Positions 40,701 to 55,700 of a stretch of DNA of 64,000 nucleotides are shown piece by piece. The stretch's first letter is position 1, and every line of letters starts with the position of its first letter. The stretch covers positions 92,130-156,129 of the forward strand of contig JAQGDQ010000520.1 in assembly GCA_030141605.1 (NCBI GenBank). Reading direction: 5' to 3'. The translations under genes and the position numbers were made by a program. Below the pieces are notes generated by a model. It worked only from the letters and a program-made list of their open reading frames with translations. It ran no database searches and had not been told where the DNA came from. This stretch comes from Tubiluchus corallicola (lineage: Eukaryota; Animalia; Priapulida).

Positions 40701-43700
40701 TAAGACAAATTAAAAAGAAATGTTTTTGCTAACCAGTATTCATTAGCATCTAGTGACTGTTCTGTCAACTCAGATCAAGTCAATCGCGAGTACGTTCATT
40801 ATTTTTATCAGTAAAAAAGTACTTGTAGTTCATTTTTGATTTGTCTTAATAATCTTTTGGTATAATGTTCAAGTACTTGGATGTGCAAGTCTTTAATGAA
40901 ATTTGTGAAGAAACAATGTATCTAAATTGTTGGTTAGTGTATTCGTGAACACCATCCTATCTGCGTTCTGCATCTGACAGAGAGTATAGTTGTAAAAAAA
41001 TCCTGTATTTATTAATAATACAATTAATTATTATATGCATAAATTTATTTTATAATCGGTGATGACTTTCTGTTCCAGGTTCTCCATATTACATCGAGGC
41101 AACAGACACTTCAACTGCGAAGGTATCAGGAGATGGCTTGAAAATGGCTGCTGTTGGTCGTGTATCTACATTCTTAGTTGACACACCACATATTAATAAA
41201 AATGATTTAGCTGTTACTGTAGCAGGTGCAATATATTTTTTAAATAATCCCCTTTTTCATACTTTATTGCTGTATTTACATGTCTTGTTAAATTTTTATA
41301 AACAGTATAGTGAGTTGAAAAATGATTTGTAATGTTGGTTGTTGTTATTACATGAATTTTTTTGTGATTCGATGGTCCAAAACTTTTGCTATATCATTTA
41401 AATGCACGGCAATTGCTCTTCAGTAAAGCGTATTGCAGCTCGCGTCAGATCAGTTGCCAGTTTCTGCTTCATATCGAGGTCTACATCATTTTTTATGCAG
41501 TATGAATGTCTTCCTTAAAATATTTAAAAGGTTTTAGATTTTATCAGATATTTTCGTTTCCTTCAGATCCTTTTGGAAGGCAGTTACCTGTGAAGTTGCT
41601 TGACAGAGGTGGTGGTACTTATGAAGCGGAATATACAGCCCGTGAGACAGGTACTTCCTACTTTGATTGTATAATTACTAATGAATATGAAAATGTTTTA
41701 TTTTAAATCATATCTGCTTATTATCTAATTAGTGGGCAAGAGAAACCTAGATAAATTTTCGGTTTGTCTACACAAATTAACATACAACAGGTTAATTTAT
41801 GCAGAGCTTGTAAAATTTTTGTTTATATTGTATTTGAACGATTATAACAGTATATTCATTTCGTGTATAATTGTAGGTGAACACACTGTAGAGGTGAAGT
41901 TGCACAATCGCAATGTAACAAACAGTCCGTGGAGGTGCCAGGCATACGATGCTAGCAAGATTGTTGTTTCTAACATTCCAACTCACACTAAGGAAAAATC
42001 TGTTACATTCAACAGTAAGTGTATAACAATAATCATAATACCAGTAAATGAAAACTATTGCCATTTCACTACCGCCTTGAACTGTGTGAACTGCAAAAGT
42101 GGTTTGTATCTTCCACCTGATAAATAGTTAAAAAGAAAGACAAATTTTCGTGTTTTATAAACCAATGAGGTTGTTGTTTAGCATATATTTGCTGCAAATC
42201 TGATATTACTTGTTTCAGTCTATGCTGTATTTCATTGTTGTTGGACTGTTTATATCACGGAATTGTATTATATCAGGAACTACATAGGCTCATGAGGTTA
42301 TGCGTTTATGCAATTAAACCAAGCTTAGATCGACTTGCGACACAATCCAACTAACCTCAACTGACACGCTCAGGTTGACTACGACTGATTTCCAGCAACT
42401 GCCTGCAACTAGCAAAATACGAGTTCCGGCGAGTTGCAACACTGCTCAAGTCGACTACGACTGAGCACATAAGCAAATGAAAAAAATCTCTAACCAGATC
42501 ATGTGATCAAACCACAATCATTAGCTTGAAAATAATATAGTGATCTCCTGAGACTTGACATGGTCATAATCATAAAAAAGACAAAATGCCTTTTAAATTT
42601 CAAAAACTTTTTTTCCAGAAGCTTTCATCCTTCATAGACTTCATCAGCTGTAGGGCAGAGATACATTAATAAAAATCATAAAAATTACAGATAAAACTAC
42701 ATGTAAAGTACATTCAAATAAGGGTTACAAAATTCATTATGAAGCTGTATAATAAAACCTAAAGTAGAAGAAACTTTGCAATTACTATTCAAGGAAAAAC
42801 AAAATCAAAATGAAACTGCTGACAAATGCACCTGAAATCTGTGTTTTTGAGATTTAAAGGGCATTTTGTCTTTATGATTAAATTCACAATCATCATGAAA
42901 TAATGCTCAGGTCAAAAGTGGGTGGATACCGTTTGCCGCGAGTCAAACCTAAGCAAGTCGCTAGAACTGAGTTGCGTTGTGTTGCTTCGTAAGCTTGTTT
43001 ATGTTGACTGGATATACTCGGAATTAGTGGCTCCTGTTGCAGCTAATTGCCTAATCTTCTTCAGTTGCATTGCATGGCAAGGACGATCTAAACCTGCTCA
43101 CAATCTAGTGCCAGTTTTCAATAAATTTTAGTTAATGAAATTATATTACTAATGTTCATTGAATATTGGCATTTGGTCAGTACTTGCATTTAAAATTTTC
43201 CTCTAGTTGATGCATCTAGGGCTGGTTCAGGCAGCTTGGAAATCATGGTCAATGATGGTATGGAGGAATGCTTGGTGCAGAATGTCGGAAATCAGAAGTT
43301 TCTTGCTACATTTGAAACAAAACCTGCAAAAACGTACACAATTGACATGAAATTTAATCATGATGTGGTATCAGGTATGATTGTTATATCCGCATTGTGC
43401 GCGTTGTAGTGTACTGAGACTTGAGTCTTTGATGAATATTTAAATAGTTTAACTTTTCAACAATTTTGGAATTGGTGTGATAATAAAGAAAGTGACTAGT
43501 ATGTGTTTCCAGAAATTGTTAATTCAGATTTTGTGCACAAAAAAAATTTATATTGTATGCGTAACAATAAGCTTCACAACTAATAGATAATCTTTTGTGC
43601 AGCTATTTATTTAATAATTACGTTACATCATTATTTAATTAAATCATCATGGCAGTGTGAAATTGTCAAACTGATAACTTAAAGAAATCTAGATCTAATA

Positions 43701-46700
43701 TCTCTGAAAGTTCATCTTGGCCACTATGTATTTGAATGAAATTTTGTTCATCTAATTCAAGATGTTTAACCAAATTACAGGCAGTCCATGGAAAGTGAAT
43801 ACAATGGACCATAACAGAGTGAGAGTGGAAGACTTTGAACAGAGAGTGTACGGCGTAAATGAACCAGCTACATTTAAAGTGAACACTGCTGATGCAGGCG
43901 AAGGAGATTTAACGGCAAACTTGAAAGGTCTGTCCCTGGAAAGTAATGACACAGGAGTAATGCTAGAAGTAGTATTCTAGGGTGCCATACGTACACTTCT
44001 AAATAAATTTAACATTTGATTATTGTTAATGCGTAAAAAAGCTAATGGTAAGTTCTTATGTTTTAGCTCCCTCTGGCGTCAGTAGGCCATGTCATGTGTA
44101 CGAGACCAAGCCTGGACAACACAACGTAGAATTCACTGCTGTTGAACCAGGTAAAACAATACTGATAGATTTTGATAATGCCTTATTAATGTGTAACTGT
44201 AACTATATAAAGTAGAAAACTGAGTTTTATGTATCTTTTTGTAGCAGACGCACTGAATCACTTTATGAATTCTCCATTTGCATTTTTTCTACGATTTCTC
44301 GTGTTCAAAAATATGCAGCTTACAGACCTCTATAATTTAATTGGTTGTATAAACAGGTATGCATTCTTTGGATGTACTGTTTGGCGGTCATCACATTCCA
44401 GGATCTCCATATAGTCTGAAAGCATACGACCCTTCCGAGATCCATGTTTCTGGACTCCAGCATGGTGGAATTGGTGGCACGGTAAATACTCCAAAAGTTT
44501 TCACTGGTACGTTGCCTCTATATGTCAAACAGATAATTTAATTTAATTAAATTACTTCATATAACGTACTGTTTCCCTTAATTTTGCAACTTTGAAAGCT
44601 ATATAATAAATCTCAGTTTGGTGAGGATCTGTTCATCTTAGGTGCATCCGTTATGCAACATAGTACCACTCATAATTTGATGCCATGTTCCTTGATCTGC
44701 TGCCACATGCTAAGTATTCATGTTGTTTAAGTCAAGTGCAATATTTAATGTTTTTCTTCAGTACATCCAAATATGTGGCCAGCTGTCCTTCTCTTGATTT
44801 CTTCCCAGGTATTAGTGCTTGATGTAATGCTGTAGTAAGTTGAGAATCCTGTAGGGATCTAATGACATGTCCAACCCATCTAAACCGCCGCTACTGTGTG
44901 ACCTCGCTCCATTCCTTCTTTGTTAAATCATATAAATCCTGATTTGAGAGTTTCTTTGGCCAATTTATACCCAACATTTTTCTGTACAGACGTCTTTAGA
45001 AAGCATGCATTCTTCTAGGTAGCTTTGGTTCCTCTGGATCTGTTGCAGTATTATGGATGTGCAGTTGTTTCAGTATTTACAGCAGATATTATTATTTATT
45101 CCATTGTGACTCATCAACATTTTTCTCTCCTCATACTATTCTTGTATGCCCTTGCTTAATACATGGTCTGCTCTTGCTTGTCTTTGAGTGAACCAAACTT
45201 TTTCATTGACGAATACTTGTGAATCCAGTAAGTCCTCACTTAGTGACGCAAATACCTTTCATGAAAAATGCAACGTTAATCGAAACATTATTAAACGAAA
45301 CCAAGATGTCTATACAAAGTAATGTAAAAGAATTGAGATACTTTCCAGAGGCAAAATTCAATGCTAGTTAAGTCATGTAAATTAAATGTGTTATTATTCA
45401 TACTTTTAATAATTAATTTCTTTTTGCTTTCTTGAAAATACCTACCTTTCTTACCAATATCTAACTAGTATTAACGCTGAAGCCTAGCTATGCAGTTAGC
45501 AGTTGAACACTGCACCGCAAAAGCCAAGTTCTCTGAGGCCTTGAGACAATTTGTTCTATGCTATTGTACCAACAGGCCGCAGGCAAAATTCCTTGCATAA
45601 AGTTTGCTCTCGGTTGCCCACAAATAGATCTCGCTTTATACAAGTGGCTAGCAGTTAGTTGGGAAGCGAAAATATAAATAATAATTGTACTGCTTTATGT
45701 TACTGGTGTGTTTTTAGAACAGAATAAAGCAGTATGTACTATTTTAATGCTTGAAATTGGGTAAAAATTTTGTTGATAAAATAAAAAATGGCTTAAGCAA
45801 AGTAGAAAATTGGAGTTAAAATGAAACATGCGTTGTTATGTGAGAAAAAGGTGTTGGATGTCTGCTAAACAGGGAGTCGTTGAGCGAGGTCTTACTGTAA
45901 TTACTGTAATTCTTCTCTTTTCGTTGTAGTTGATGCCTCACAAGCTGGACATGGCAACTTGGAGATCATGGTCAATAATGGCTACGTTGAGTGCCAAGCT
46001 CAATCCATTGGACATCAGAAATTTCGGGCATCATTTGTGCCTAAACAAGCGAAACAACACACTGTTGATATAAAGTTTAATGGCAAGCTTGTACACGGTA
46101 TGTACTGCTCTCAACTATTTTTTCTATTTTAAAAATATCAGCTTTGCTAAATAGCTGTCATTGCTGTTACATTAGTTGGATTTGGTAATAATAAAACTAA
46201 GCATCTCTTCAATAACATTCTGCAGGTAGTCCTTGGAGTTTCGATGTAATAGATCCATCTGTGATTACTGTATCTGGGGATGGTATTCGTAGTGTTATGC
46301 TGAACAAACCAACCTGGTTTGACGTAAATCACGGCACCCTGAGCCCTGATAACCTTGAAGTCAAGATGACAAGTACGTTTCTAATAATATTATTGCTGTA
46401 ATTATATAATTTTTATGAAAGTTCATTTACCTTAATCATAATAATAAAAAGTAATATGATATATGTGTTTAATAAATATAATTAGAAACAACAGAGTTAA
46501 TTGGTATAAAGCAATATTACTTAAGGCATTTTAAATGAATTTGAGAAATAAACATTCAGGGTAGCAAACTGAGTATCCCTGAATATGTTATAGACAAAGT
46601 TTTGTTCATTTTATTTGATATATTGTTTTTCTGTATAGCTCCTTCAGGATTGGAAAAGAGTCTTCCATTTAGAGAAGTCAAGCACGGTGTAAGTAGAGTC

Positions 46701-49700
46701 GACTACACAATGACAGAACCTGGTACGTTTGTTTTTTAATTTTAATCTGTTAATCAATTTCGCTCTCTGCATTCATTGGTTGCAACTTGTTTTTTTAATA
46801 TTTTCTAGGTAAAAAAGTTTTGTTGAAAATGTTTTTTTATTTAAAATCGATTGATTACTAGGTTATCACACATTGGAAGTAAGCTATGCTGGTGAACATG
46901 CAATGGGCAGCCCATTTAGCATTCGTCCATTTAATCCAGCGGACATTAAAGTCACCGACATGCCCAGAAGTTGTAACTTGGGGGATGCTGTCACTTTTAC
47001 AGGTAAACATATAATTTTTTATGACTACTTTGCTTTTTTCAGCATTTAGGACGGTGTGTCCTAATGGCACTTTGTTGTAAAGTCTAGTGCAGCCAGTTTT
47101 ACACAATAGAAACAGATTTGTGAGTAATCATAATATCAGTGTAAAAATGTACAAGCTTGGAAGTACACATGTAGCATTATTTTGCTTGCAAGATTATATT
47201 TCGGTTTTGTAAACCAGCCGACAGATTTTTAGAATTTTTTTGTTTTTTTTTAATTTTTACCTGTATTTTTCAGCATCATAAGAAGTAACAGCTTGTAATA
47301 ATTTTCAATGAGGTAATTTTTTTTAAATTGATAAGTTCTGACCCTGAACAGTCTTGTCGACATGGATTTTCATCCTGCTGTTACTTTTAGTGGATGCATC
47401 AAAGGCCGGATCTGGTAATTTGGAGATAATGGTCAACGGTGGTCAAGTTGATTGTGAAGTACAGGATTTGGGGCATCAGCGATTCCGTGCTCGATTTCTG
47501 CCCGAGGAAGCTATACCTCATACTGTAGACATGACTTTCAACACGTACAATGTACCAGGTATCTTTTTTACTATTTTTAACAGTTATTTATTAAATCTTT
47601 GTTGTTTTAATTTCCTTATTTCAGACTTGCATTTTAGATGTTTGTACTCGTAAATCATTTTAATCTTTCTTTCTGATAGGAAGTCCCTGGGAAATTTCTG
47701 TAGAGGAAAAAGACTTAAGTGGTATCAAGGCATTTGGCGAGGGTCTTCACTCAGCGCAAATAAATCGGTTACAGTCATTTAGTGTGGACACTGGAAGACT
47801 AAAGGCTTCAAATATTACTGCACAACTAAGAGGTACTAAGGTCATATAAGTTAAATCCTTTGGTTTCTTTTTGCAGTATTTCTAATTCAAAGTTAATGTT
47901 TAAATGAGCTATTGCTGCATTAGATTATTTTTTGCAGCTCCTAGTGGTCGAATTGATGAAGCGGATGTTGTAGAAACAGGACCAAGTCGATACCAGGTTG
48001 AATATACCTGCAGAGAACCAGGTACGGCATGTAGACGTAGTGTTTTAACAAATCACTTTCTGATGTTACAACACACATCACTATTTTTCGTTTTTCTTTG
48101 CGATTTCTCGTGGTATTGAACAGATAATAATTATGTTAAATAATTTGTCTCAGTCTTCCTTCTTTTTTTAGTCAGGAAATCCAGAAAAAATAGGAGACAA
48201 ATTAACTATTGATTCCTGTTGTGCAACAACTTTTGAAAGCATAAACCCGCTTAATATTTTATGTATGTATTTCTGCGACAGGTACTCATTATCTGGATGT
48301 GAAATATGGAGGTATCCACATCAATGGCAGTCCGTTCATGATCAAAGTGGCTGATCCAGGATTAATTCGCGTCGATTTACCCGAGAAGTTGACTGGATTC
48401 GTTGACAAACCTATATTTTTTAGCGGTTTGTTAACATTATGTATTCCCACACTTTACTCTTTCAACAGTCTTTCTTTACTAGCAACACTTTGTATGCATT
48501 CAGCTATTTCATGAGGTTTAAGATGCTGTTCTTTAACAGCTTCGTTATTTTTTAATTTACTAAAACTTCAAGTTACTGTCTATTTTAGTTGATGCCTCTC
48601 AAGCTGGATCTGGAAATCTAGAGATCATGGTTAACAGGGGCCAGGTATACTGTGAAACTCAGAACCTTGGCAACCAGAGATTCAGAGCGTCATTTGTACC
48701 TCGTGAGCCAATAGTACACACACTAGAGATGAAATTTGATGGACAACCATTAAAAGGTTTTTATGTTTTGTTGTAAATTCTTCGTATCATTTGAATAATC
48801 ACTCATTTCAATAATGGCTTTTTATTTATCATTACTTTCAATGACATCTTTGTTTTTAAATACTTTGTTTTCTTGAAATTTTCTTTGCTTGTAATGATCA
48901 CGTGGTTTTTTCGATTCTGTAACAGTGAAAGAAAACGTCATTTCTTTGCAGTTTTTTGCAAAAAAATACTGTAAACTATAAAATGAATGCATTTCGGAAG
49001 TATTTGCGAATATTGCAATAAAAGTGTGATGCGATAAATTCGTGGCTCATAAATTGCACTTGCGATGTTTTGCCACTGGGTCCTTATAGCAATATGTCAG
49101 CTTCATTGGATGGTGCGTATTCAGTTTATAAAACCATAGGACACAAGGTAATGCTAGTAGTTAGTTTTGCTCGCAGCTGTTAGTGATCACCAAATGAATG
49201 GTACCACCCAACCATGTCACTTGCTATATGGTAAGTATCTATCAGGCAATGGTTTGTTGATGAAATACTGAGATTAATACTTGTAAATGCAAATGCTGAA
49301 AGCAAATTGTCATCATTTGGCTTAGAGACAGTGTTGTTTTCATCCATGCCATTAGTTTTGTTTACAATTACATAATTTCATTGCCTAGCCAATAATTATT
49401 TATGTAAGGCAATGTCTATTTCATTTGGAATGGTCCGTTATAAAAATATCTATTTTAAATAAGGCTTTGAAGCCCAGTTTGAAAAAAAATTACCTCAGGT
49501 GTATTTTATGTTGTTAATGTATACTTCAAAGTAAATGTATTTTACAATTTGACCTGCAGGCAGTCCATGGTCGTTTGAGATAGCCGATCCTAAACAGATG
49601 AGAGCATATGGAGAAGGGCTACAGAAGGCATCGTTAACAAAGATGTCTGAGTTTGAAATTGATACGCATGGAGTAGGAATAGGAAATTTAACAGCTGAGT

Positions 49701-52700
49701 TGTTGTGTACGTTTAAAATATTTTTGTATTTTCATTTTAACTTACATTGTAATTGTATCTTAACACCGAAGTAATCGCACACCTAGAGAAGCGAATGGTT
49801 TGGACTTGTCATTCTGCAGTATGTCTATATTCATTCTAAATATATTTTGATCTGCAGGAAGTTTAAAAAAATTTTGTATCTTCATTTTAACTTGCATTAT
49901 AATTGTAACATAACTGCATATTTAGAGAAGTGAATGTTCTGGACTTAGTACAGCATGTCTGTATTCATTTTAAATACATTTTGATCATTTATTAACAAAC
50001 TAGAAGAAACAGAGTTAACAATGTAGATTAGTAGCGTTACTAAATTGATTACTTCCTAATCTGCCTCAGCTATTTAGTAACTGTTTATGTTTTCTTAGCT
50101 CCAACAGGTGAACGGCAACCAATTCGCCTGACAGAGACGCCTAGGAAAGGTGTTTACAAAGCTGAATATGCAAGCAGACAACCAGGTATTACTGTTCGCA
50201 AAAAATTAAGAAACAAATCCTTTCTCTTTTTCTTCACTGTGTAGTTTCAGTAGCTGCACAAGTACTTCTGTTGATCCTTTGTTGTTTTTAATGATTTAAT
50301 GCTTGCAATATCTATTTAAAGCAAGATTTTAACTTTGTGTACGAGTTATAATGTCGTGTTTTTTTATTAGGCTGCAATGGCTTTCTGAAGTTGTTATATT
50401 TTCAGGTCTTTACACAATTGATTTGAGATACGCTGGTCAGTCAATTAGTAATAGCCCATATACCGTGAAAGCTTATGATCCAGGTTCTATTAGTGTTGAT
50501 ATGCCACCTGGTATCGGACTGGTGAATGTGCCTATTAAGTTTACTGGTATGTATAGTTCTTGTTCTGCTAATACTAAACATGTTAGTTGTTGTTTCATTT
50601 TTTAGAATAGATTTTCTAGTTATAGTCTGCATTGTTAGCTTTTTCATTCATTCTTATTTGGTGGATACTGTGTTAATTATTATCAGTCTTTTATCACTAT
50701 TTTTACTTGCTAAAAGGCTAATTACAATTAATTTTGATTCAATTTCTGCATATTGTAATGTTAATATTTCTGCAATGTGCTGTCAGATTTTATTATTTTA
50801 TTTATTAATCTGTCACAGATTCCAAGCTTAATGATACTTCTTGTGAATAAATCAAACGTTGTATACGTATTTGCTTTCAGTTGATGCTTCACAAGCTGGA
50901 TCAGGAAATCTGGAGATCATGGTTAATGGCGGTCAGGTTTACTGTGACGTACAAAATCTTGGCAGTCAACGATTCCGGGCTTCTTTCATTCCAGAGAAAG
51001 CCATAACTCACACTGTCGACATGAGATTTGATGGACAACCATTACGGGGTGAGATTTAAAAAAAACAAAAGCAAATAACTCCAAGTTTTGTTTATGAGAA
51101 CTGTTAGAGTGCACATTTGCCGATATTTTGTATTTTTGTACAGTAATTGCCGCTTAATAAAAACCACTGATAACAAAACCAGCCACATTGTTAGAACCAC
51201 ATTCAGGTATGGTCCAGAATTACCCACGTAGAAACTATTAAGAAAATTCGGTTAATAAAGCCAGTGCGCTGTTTAATAAGACCTCGTTTTTCAGTAATAG
51301 GTGAGAAAAATAGCAGTTAAAGTACATTTTGGTAGTTTACCTATTTTTAAGATATGCAGTTACAATTTAAATTCCCTAGATTCACCTCTTCTTAGTGTAA
51401 GTCACTCAGAAAGTTAACGTCGATTGTTTTGCTCTGCTTGCATATCTGATAGACTTTTGACTGTTGACTCAACTTGAATCACTGTTGTAAAATTGAATGC
51501 GAGTGAGCTGACTACACCATCTTTAATTGTACGAAATACCTTAAATTATGTCAGCCAACAGAAGTGCATGAGCAAATGTACAGGTTTTGCCAAAATGAAT
51601 TATAAAACTAACTACATGTAGGTAAAATTGACAGCTAATTAACAATATGATTTTACAGAACAGATTTAAAAAATAAAGGTGGGGAAGTGAACAGCTTTCG
51701 CATATGTGTGTTGTATGTACTGTATTAACTAAGATGAAGTGTTTACTTGTACTTTACCAAGTACGTGCGCTTGCAACAGGCGGCCCGCGTAGTAAAACCG
51801 CTGTTTATTAAGACCACCAATTGCTGGTCTTGTGATGGTGTCATGAAGTGGTACCTACTATATTTTTGGTTAGAATTGCGTGGTTTAATATGTGTAATTT
51901 AAATTTCATTTTATTACTCTGCATTCATAATGCAGTTTTTTACTTTAATTTTTTTTATTATTTATAATGTAATAGTCTTAGTGTTTATTTGTTTTCATGT
52001 ATGGTAAATGTAGGTGTGCATTTTTAATTTTCTTCTTTTTGTAACTTTGATTGCAGCCTAGCAGGTTGCAGAAAGTGTTCGAAAAAGTTTTTTCATGTTA
52101 AATTCATCTCTTTCCAGTAAATTATATGATTGTTTGCTTTAGTGGCATTTTTGTTTGATAGTACTACAGTTCTACTGTTTCAGTTATTTATTTTTTGTAT
52201 ATTCTACTCATTTTTGTTAGAAGCCATTGACTTTTAGTTTGACTACTCATAAGGTAAAATCTATTGTAGGAAGCCCATGGTCATTCAGAATCACTGATCC
52301 AAGACAAATCCGTGCTTATGGTGAAGGTTTACAAAAAGCTGCACTCGGTAAACCATGTGAGTTCAGCATTGATATGCATGGACTTGATACGGAAAATTTA
52401 AAAGCTGAATTACTTGGTAAGTTTTCTTTAATTTATTACAACTATCTTTGAAATTTTTTTGCTTTAAAAATATGTTGTAGTTTATATGTAACAATCTTTC
52501 TTGCTTTTTTGCATAAAATGAAACAGGCGCATATGTTCTAACTGCTGTTCATTTTGTACCTATAAGGAATGAGGCTGGACCAGATATGGATACGCTAATC
52601 TGACAATTTTTTGCGTCAATTTAACGGTGAATGTCAGTATACCAAGGAAATTCTTTTTCCCTAGAAATTCCTTAGTATTTTCACTTTGGAGCCGTAAGAG

Positions 52701-55700
52701 AACAATATCGAGAATTCAAATGTGATCTAGAATTGTGCTTCCAAATCCAGACGCATTGAAAGTTGATTCAATACATGCATCCTAACTATACATTTTTATC
52801 CTTAGCTAAGACTGCTTTCTAGATCCAAACAACTTGCACCTGTTTGTAATAGTGTACTGTGCTTAGAAGCATTACTTTCCTTAGCTTTTTCAGAATTAAG
52901 AGTAAAAACTGAAAATTAATTTTTAGTAAGTGTCAGATCAGATTAGATTACATGTAATTGTATGGTTAAACCAATTTTAATTTAATAATAATTTAAAATA
53001 AGGTGTTGCATTTTGTAATAATTAAAGCTGTAATAAGGTTTCAATAGGAAAACTGGTAAATCATTTTGCACTTTAAGTATAATTGTAGTTCCATAAAATT
53101 AACACTTGATATAATTCTTAAAAAAATTTTCAATTTTAGCTCCAAGTGGTGAAAGGTTACCTATACGATTAGTAGAAACACATAAAGGAGTAGTTCAAGC
53201 TGAATATTATTGCAGGAAGCCAGGTATGCACTAAATGCTTCTTGAAATTTGTGAAACAGGGCAAAAATCTATTTTATATTGGTTGATGTAGTTTGCTAGT
53301 ACGTTTTAGTAAACTGTTTTGATGTTTTGTTTGTTTTCCGAGCTATAAGATAACCGAACATAATAATTAATTTAAACTACTTATAAACAATCCATATGTT
53401 ATTTGGCTCATGTGAATTTGTGTTCACCTCCGTTGTCATCGTTATTGTCATAAAACGCCCATTATGGTTCTTGTAGCTTCCAAAATAAATCTGCCTCAAG
53501 ACAGTTAAATACAAAACGCACCACTTCCACTTAAATTTGTATTCGTAAGGCTTACCCCAGTGTCTTCTAATGCTGATAGAAGAATTTATCTGAGAACTAG
53601 TAGAATTTATCTGAGAACTAGTAAAAGTGTCTTACCCATAATTATTCTGACGTACAGTATACATACATCTCCAACAACAGAAATAACTGATATGGTAAGG
53701 CAGATGAAATTGCGCGGGTGAATTTACTAACATTCAGCCTTTCATTTGCTGACCAGGTTCTGCATTTTTTAACTTTATAGCTGAACACTCATACTGTGAC
53801 TACCCCCTATTTCCATTTGCCCAAGTTGCACCATTACTGTTCAAGTTTAAAATAAGTACTACACAAAAGTGATTACTAGTTATAATAAACATATGAATAA
53901 TTTGGCATGTAACAGTGCCCATTTAGCTAAGGTTTAGTTTGAACTTAGTTTTGTTGATAACAGAGATTACAATATGGCTTAAACAGCCAGTTTTATGACT
54001 GATAGACGTTCTTGCCAATGGAACGTAACACTTAGAAGACTGCAAGCAATAAACGAACAGTAGAAGCATTACAGTACGACTTCTATCAGTATAGATACAC
54101 AGTAGTAGTAGTAGTAATTTATTGGCAAAGATTATCTTGTTACACGGAGTGAGACATATTGATAGTAAAATAACAACATCCAACTTATATCCAGAAAAAA
54201 CAAGTCGTTTAACATTACCATAGAACAAAAACAAAACTTAGCATAGCATACATACGTAGCATAATGTTGAGATGACATTAATATTACTATATAAACAATG
54301 TAAACAAATACACTGCATGTTTATACTGTTGCATTGCCAAAACTTTTTATGTAGTTAAGATGTGTTTAGATGTTTGGTGTTTTAATTTAGTAAACAATTT
54401 TTTTATTTTTAGGCCTGTACACCATTGATCTGAGATATAGTGGGCAGCCAATAAGTGATAGCCCATACACTGTTAAGGTACAAGATCCTGGATCTATCCT
54501 AGTGGACATGCCTCCGGGGGAAGCATTTGTTGGAAACCCTGTCACTTTTACTGGTATATTTGAACATGGCTAAATTGGTTTTGTTTTTTAAAAAATATTG
54601 TGCATTAAAATTGAAATATTGGCTGTTTGTAAAATTGTGTTTCGTCAGTCACTAGCTGTTACCTTTCAGTTGATGCGTCAAAGACTGGTTCAGGAAACTT
54701 GGAAATTATGGTCAATGACGGTCAAGTGTTCTGTGACGTTCAAGACATTGGAGGACAGCGTTTCCGTGCTTCCTTTGTTCCCGAGGAAGCCATACCACAC
54801 AGCGTCAAAATGAAATTTGACAATGAACCTTTAAGAGGTATGAATAAATTTTTATGAATATGAAAAAGCCTGTTAACTCTTTGAAATAAGATACTACCAG
54901 AATACAGTAGACACTCCAGCAAAGTACTAATCATTCAGTTGTGAATTGTTAACTATTAAGATGAATATCAATTTTTAGACTGGTTTCACAAAGCAGATAT
55001 ATGCTATGCTTGTTGTTTGGTACACAGAAGAACAGAATTGTATGTTTGCTTGAGTAATTGTTATCACATTTTAACTATCTTTTTATTTTTGCAGAAGTTT
55101 ATTTAGCTAAAAATGATAAAGGATGCATAATAAACTGAATTATTATTGTACAACTTGTGCAAAGAAAAGACAAATCGTGAACTTCCAGACTTAATGTAGG
55201 ATGTCTAATTTTTAGGAAGTCCATGGCATTTCACAGTGATTGATCCGTCTCGTATACGGGCATATGGAGAAGGACTACAAAAAGCTAAACTGAACCAAGC
55301 TTCATTATTTGAAATTGATACATGTGGAGCTGGAGATAAACATTTGACGACAGAGCTCTTGGGTAAAAATTTGTTTTCTTCATAGCAGTTTGATAAAGCA
55401 ATGATATAGTTTAAATGATATAAGCAGACAGCTGAAATGAAAACAAGATATTGAGTCTGAGAATGCTGTGCAAAGTTACTGCTGTTCTTGATTGCTGGCA
55501 GTGCTACTTTGTAACTTCTCACTGCTTGATTGGCTTCCATGTTTTTTATACTGTTGTAGTGAATATTAAACTATCAGTTTCGACAGAAGTGACTCAACAA
55601 ACTCCACCAAATGTCTTATACTGGAATTATACCCTAGTACAACTTTTTTCAGAAATGTCAGACGGTGTAGGCAACTCATTATTATGTTTGTGATTTTCTC

